Assembly: GCA_964482725.1 (NCBI GenBank) | Contig: CAYZYT010000006.1 | Coordinates: 19,777-83,776 of the forward strand | Length of the DNA stretch: 64,000 bases | Reading direction: 5' to 3' | Source of the DNA: an uncultured bacterium | GTDB lineage: Bacteria > Omnitrophota > Omnitrophia > Omnitrophales > Aquincolibacteriaceae | Shown: piece by piece, positions 60,124 to 64,000 of the stretch | How positions within the stretch are numbered: position 1 is the stretch's first letter | Layout of the letters: each line of letters starts with the position of its first letter | The notes under the pieces: generated by a model | What the model saw: the letters and a program-made list of their open reading frames with translations, nothing else | The model's database searches: none | What the model was told of the DNA's origin: nothing | Made by a program: the position numbers and the translations under genes

Positions 60124-60879
60124 CTAAAGAGCCTCATCGCCTGTTAAATTCATAAATCCATTTTCTATAAAAACGATCGTATCTTCGTAATGACTGGCGT
60201 TCTTGCGATCTTTCGTCACCACCGTCCAGCCATCCTCAAGCGTCTCGACCGCGTAATGCCCTTCCGTCACCATGGGCTCGATCGCGATCACTAATCCCGG
60301 TTCGATCTTGGCGCCCCGTCCGGATTTCCCGTAATTGGGAACCTGCGGGTCCTCGTGAAGTTGCCGGCCGATCCCATGCCCCGCATAGTCCCGCACCAGT
60401 TGAAACCCACGCCCTTCAACGAACCGCTGGATGGCTTCCGAAATATCCCCGATCCGCCAACCCGCTTTGTAAGCCGCAAGCGCTGCGTCCAGGGAATCTT
60501 TGGCCGTATTCATCAACGACTGTTTCTTCGGATCGATCGCACCCACCAACCAGGTCCTCGCTGCATCCGCGTAAAACCCGTTCCACTTGACCCCAATATC
60601 AAAACTGACCAGATCGCCCTCTTTCAAGCGCCTCGCATCCGGGATCCCATGCACCACAGCCTCATTGATGGAAATACAAGCGGTCTTCGGAAATCCCCTA
60701 TACCCTTTGAACGCCGGTTCCCCGCCATTCTCAAGAATCACTTTTTCTGCCGCGCGATCTAAGGCTTCCGTCGTAACACCCTCAACGATCATAGGCTTTA
60801 CGACCGAGAACACCTTCTTCAGGATCTTTCCCGCCTCCAGGATCAGTTGAATTTCGCGTTTCGATTTCAACTCGATCAT
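60124..60879 (-). CDS. map: Methionine aminopeptidase type I
   Basis: It has metal-binding D/D/H/E/E blocks and is 251 aa. Confidence 0.9.
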   Translation of the reverse strand: MIELKSKREIQLILEAGKILKKVFSVVKPMIVEGVTTEALDRAAEKVILENGGEPAFKGYRGFPKTACISINEAVVHGIPDARRLKEGDLVSFDIGVKWNGFYADAARTWLVGAIDPKKQSLMNTAKDSLDAALAAYKAGWRIGDISEAIQRFVEGRGFQLVRDYAGHGIGRQLHEDPQVPNYGKSGRGAKIEPGLVIAIEPMVTEGHYAVETLEDGWTVVTKDRKNASHYEDTIVFIENGFMNLTGDEAL

Positions 60880-60885
60880 GCGTGT

Positions 60886-61536
60886 CTAGCGGATCTTTTC
60901 AAAGAGCTTTTCTAGGACTTTCTGGACCGACGGAGCATCGCCCTCTGCCGGAACGTCATGCAACAGCCCTTTGTTGCGATAGAACTCCACGAGCGGCTTC
61001 GTCGACTCGTGATAAACTTTAAGGCGGTTATGGATCGTCTCGGGTTCATCATCCTTACGGGTCGTCAACTTTTCGCCGTCCACGTCGCAGACCCCCTCTT
61101 TTTTCGGCGGCATGTTGCGAGCATGATAAATCTTCCCGCATTTAGGACAACCCCGCCGACCCGACAACCGGTCGACCAGTACTTTTTCGGACGCCATAAA
61201 ATTAATCACGGCTGCCAAGGAGATCTTTTCTTTCGCGAGAAACTTCTCCAGCGCCTCGGCTTGAACGATCGTCCGAGGATAACCGTCCAGAATAAAACCT
61301 TTGGAGCTTTTTAATCCCCGGATCTCGTCGAACATCATGTTGTTCACAAGTTCGTCAGAGACGAGTTCGCCGCGCTCCATCACGGCCTTTGCCTGCAACC
61401 CAAGCGGCGTACCTTCTTTAACATTCTTTCTTAAAATATCTCCTGCTGCCAACTGAAGAACACCATATTTTTCACAAACAACCTTCGCGTGCGTTCCCTT
61501 CCCAGCTCCGGGAGGCCCCAAAAAGATCAGATTCAT
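60886..61536 (-). CDS. adk: Adenylate kinase (zinc-binding LID)
   Basis: It has GPPGAGKGT and the LID motif CPKCG...CDVDG. Confidence 0.9.
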   Translation of the reverse strand: MNLIFLGPPGAGKGTHAKVVCEKYGVLQLAAGDILRKNVKEGTPLGLQAKAVMERGELVSDELVNNMMFDEIRGLKSSKGFILDGYPRTIVQAEALEKFLAKEKISLAAVINFMASEKVLVDRLSGRRGCPKCGKIYHARNMPPKKEGVCDVDGEKLTTRKDDEPETIHNRLKVYHESTKPLVEFYRNKGLLHDVPAEGDAPSVQKVLEKLFEKIR

Positions 61537-62888
61537 TAACGACGCCCTTTCAAGCGGCCCCGCTTAATAAAACCGTCATAGTGCCGCATCACCAACTGAG
61601 ATTCAACGGATTTCATCACGTCCAGCACCACGCCGACAATGATGAGAAGCCCTGTTCCGCCGAAAAAACTCGCGATCAAAAACGGGATGTTCAGCACATG
61701 CGGCGATGAGACGATCTTCGGGAAAAGTGCGATCAAAGCCAAAATCACGGCTCCCGCCGTCGCGATCCTTGTCATCAAATAGTCCAGGTATTCTGCCGTA
61801 TTCTTTCCCGGCCGGATCCCGGGCACGAAACCCCCGTATTTCTGGAGATTGTCGCTCACTTCAATCGGATTAAACGTAATCGCCGTGTAAAAGAACGTAA
61901 AAAATACGATGAGAAGCGCATCCAAGGCCATATAGCCTCCGCTCCCGTAACTGATCGCCTGGGCGATCCGAGTGAACGCTCCGGCATTCGGGAAAAAACC
62001 CGCGATCGTCGCCGGAAATAAAATCACCGACTGTGCGAAAATGATCGGGATGACACCCGCCTGGTTCACTTTGAGCGGTAAATAGGTGCTTTGCCCGCCA
62101 TAGGTCCTATGCCCCCGGATCTGCTTCGCGTACTGGACCGGGATCTTCCGCTGTCCTTGAATGATCAGGATCAGAAAAATCACCGCGCCCACGAAAAGAC
62201 CGCACATGATCACAAATTTCCACCACGCGAGCTGCTGGCGCGACGGATCAAGCGGTGAAAGCAGGACCCAAGTCTGGCGCAGCGCTTCCGGAAGTGATTC
62301 GATGATACCCGCGGTAATGATAATCGACATACCGTTGCCGATGCCATAATTATCGATCTGCTCGCCGAGCCACATGATGAATGCCGTACCCGTGGTCATC
62401 GTGAGCATACACATCAAACGGAAACTCCATCCCGGGTCCGGCACGATCACCGTCCCACCGAAAGCCGCTGGATTTTCTAGCCAAAGAGCGATAAAGAACG
62501 TCTGCAGAATACTCAGGACAATCGTCCCGTAACGCGTGTATTGAATGATCTTCTTACGGCCTTCCTCGCCTTCTTTTGCGAGTTTTTCCAAAGCCGGGAT
62601 CACCACAGTCAAAAGCTGTAAAATGATCGATGCCGAAATATAAGGCATGATCCCCAAGGCGAAGATGGTTGCTTTCTGGAGCGCGCCGCCGGTGAACATC
62701 CCCATAAAACCCAAAAGGGATCCGCCCGACATATGCTGCTGGAAAAATCTTGCGAGCGCAACGCCGTCGATCCCCGGGGTCGGAATATAAGTCCCCACGC
62801 GATATACTGCGATGATCGCGAGCGTAAAAAGGATCTTCTTACGTAGGTCTGGGATCTTTAGGATGTTTGCGAACGCTTGTAGCACCAA
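61536..62888 (-). CDS. secY: Preprotein translocase subunit SecY
   Basis: It has ten TM segments and the SecY family sequence. Confidence 0.95.
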   Translation of the reverse strand: MVLQAFANILKIPDLRKKILFTLAIIAVYRVGTYIPTPGIDGVALARFFQQHMSGGSLLGFMGMFTGGALQKATIFALGIMPYISASIILQLLTVVIPALEKLAKEGEEGRKKIIQYTRYGTIVLSILQTFFIALWLENPAAFGGTVIVPDPGWSFRLMCMLTMTTGTAFIMWLGEQIDNYGIGNGMSIIITAGIIESLPEALRQTWVLLSPLDPSRQQLAWWKFVIMCGLFVGAVIFLILIIQGQRKIPVQYAKQIRGHRTYGGQSTYLPLKVNQAGVIPIIFAQSVILFPATIAGFFPNAGAFTRIAQAISYGSGGYMALDALLIVFFTFFYTAITFNPIEVSDNLQKYGGFVPGIRPGKNTAEYLDYLMTRIATAGAVILALIALFPKIVSSPHVLNIPFLIASFFGGTGLLIIVGVVLDVMKSVESQLVMRHYDGFIKRGRLKGRR

Positions 62889-62901
62889 AACTCCGTTCTT
62901 T

Positions 62902-63333
62902 TTATTTTTCGAGCAGAACGGCTTGACCGCCCACAGACTCGATCTTAGTCTTCGCGGAAGCGCTGAAAAAATTAGCCTTCACGGTCACAGCCTTTTTCAG
63001 TTCCCCGGAACCGAGGACTTTCAAACCGTCATGAAGCTCCTTAATGACATTCTTCGCCAGTAAAAGCTCCGGCGTGATTTCCTTATCGTCGAGCTTTGCT
63101 AGCGTTTGAAGATTCACGATCGCATAAACCTTCTTGAACGCCTTACGATTGAAACCCCGCTTCGGGAGACGGCGGTAAAGAGGATTCTGTCCGCCTTCAA
63201 ACCCCGGATTCAGCGCAAACCCCGAACGCGCTCTTTGCCCTTTGTGTCCCTTGGTTGAAGTCTTCCCGTGACCGGAACCGATCCCGCAACCCAAACGTTT
63301 CGGACGCTTTTTATAAGGAGTTTTGTGTCTCAT
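62902..63333 (-). CDS. rplO: 50S ribosomal protein L15
   Basis: It has a Gly/Lys-rich N-terminus typical of L15. Confidence 0.9.
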   Translation of the reverse strand: MRHKTPYKKRPKRLGCGIGSGHGKTSTKGHKGQRARSGFALNPGFEGGQNPLYRRLPKRGFNRKAFKKVYAIVNLQTLAKLDDKEITPELLLAKNVIKELHDGLKVLGSGELKKAVTVKANFFSASAKTKIESVGGQAVLLEK

Positions 63334-63899
63334 GACGCTTTTTCTCTTTCGACGTCGTAACGAACCTTGCGGTCCACAAGCGCGGTCAAACCATCGATCG
63401 TGGCCTTCAGAACGTTAATGGAATTATCGCTGCCAAGACTCTTTGTCAAAATATCCTTGATCCCGCAGGCCTCACACGCCGCACGCACCGAGCCGCCTGC
63501 AATAATCCCCGTACCGGGGGAAGCAGGTTTCAAAAGCACTTTCGCCGCCCCGTAGCGCCCGATCACCTCGTGAGGGATCGTCGTTCCTTTGAGCGTGATC
63601 TTAATGATGTTCTTGCGAGCCGCGACAAGGGCCTTGCGGATCGCATCCGCGACCTCATTGGCCTTGCCCTGCGCATAGCCCAGCTGAGCGATTCCGCTCC
63701 CTACCACCACCAAGGCGCTGAATGAAAACCGTTTTCCTCCTTTGACGACCTTGGCGCAACGATTCACCTGAATAACTTTTTCGTAACTTGTCGAACCGTC
63801 GGCCGACATGGAAGGCGTTCGGGAAGACCGCGAAGGAGCCTGAGGACCCCTCGGACCCGCTTTATGCTGTGTTTTCGGCGCTACGGCTGTTTTTTCCAT
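63330..63899 (-). CDS. rpsE: 30S ribosomal protein S5 (with an N-terminal extension)
   Basis: It has [28 protein letters not shown]. No L30 gene lies between S5 and L15. Confidence 0.9.
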   Translation of the reverse strand: MEKTAVAPKTQHKAGPRGPQAPSRSSRTPSMSADGSTSYEKVIQVNRCAKVVKGGKRFSFSALVVVGSGIAQLGYAQGKANEVADAIRKALVAARKNIIKITLKGTTIPHEVIGRYGAAKVLLKPASPGTGIIAGGSVRAACEACGIKDILTKSLGSDNSINVLKATIDGLTALVDRKVRYDVEREKAS

Positions 63900-63928
63900 G
63901 CTGCGTGGATTTCCTTTCGGTGACTAAT

Positions 63929-64000
63929 TTAAAATTGAATGCCGTTCTTACGAATCGCTTCAGCCAAAGCCTTCACGCGTCCATGGTAAAGATAGCCGCC
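63929..64000 (-). CDS. rplR: 50S ribosomal protein L18 (3' end only; the rest lies outside the window)
   Basis: My own translation gives ...GGYLYHGRVKALAEAIRKNGIQF*. Confidence 0.7.
   Translation of the reverse strand, partial: GGYLYHGRVKALAEAIRKNGIQF

Overview
The window is a gene-dense, fairly GC-rich chromosomal segment from a Gram-negative (diderm) bacterium. I found about 67 protein-coding genes, and every one is on the minus strand. All long plus-strand ORFs in the track are antisense shadows or translations of repeats. The window contains no rRNA or tRNA genes and no CRISPR array. One GIY-YIG nuclease gene sits inside a split hairpin-repeat element; I found no transposase, integrase or IS element.

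Gene order, right to left as transcribed:
- Ribosomal and SecY block: rplR (3' end only), rpsE, rplO, secY, adk, map, infA, rpmJ, rpsM, rpsK, rpsD, rpoA, rplQ.
- Housekeeping genes: aspC-type aminotransferase, a short mfd, surA-like/pdxA/rsmA, ispB-like, rsmI, purN, a TMEM175-family channel, a radical SAM protein, arfB, eno, ftsB and a secreted hydrolase.
- Branched-chain amino acid and aromatic blocks: ilvB-ilvN-ilvC-leuA, then aroE, a prepilin peptidase, aroC-aroK-aroB.
- An ORF6N-domain gene translationally coupled to dprA, then a GIY-YIG nuclease, an RDD protein, a hypothetical protein, topA and xerC/D.
- A large LPS/lipid A/Kdo/heptose locus: waaA, lpxK, an LpxL-like acyltransferase fused to an ELM1-like domain, a GT4-GT9 fusion, four more GT9 heptosyltransferase paralogues, a 4Fe-4S protein, a DUF3108 protein, a DUF1846 protein, an FmdB zinc ribbon, the hldE kinase domain, kdsB, pyrG, kdsA, kdsD, a second lpxL, an lptC/lptA-like gene and lptB.
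- The tail of the E. coli rpoN-operon synteny: hpf, ptsN, a YvcK-like protein and HPr (3' end cut by the window). rpoN is missing from its usual slot, and RapZ is replaced by the YvcK-like protein.

The most unusual material is non-coding.
1. A family of nested hairpin repeats with GTCATYCC...GGRATGAC termini occurs several times. One copy is split exactly at its central palindrome by the GIY-YIG nuclease gene, and gene-less copies lie elsewhere. This suggests an autonomous element with MITE-like derivatives.
2. Two other conserved intergenic elements recur in or near gene 5' and 3' ends.
3. Tandem GTGAC-N-GTCAC palindromes sit in front of eno and of the GT4-GT9 gene.
4. Many intergenic spacers carry imperfect inverted repeats built from short reiterated words (for example CAGACT, AACGG, TAGGGTT, GGTGAC). 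Elements using the same word often flank one gene on both sides.

Gene coordinates follow the supplied ORF track, with start codons adjusted where I checked them by eye. Coordinates of small non-coding elements were read by eye and may be off by about 10 nt.
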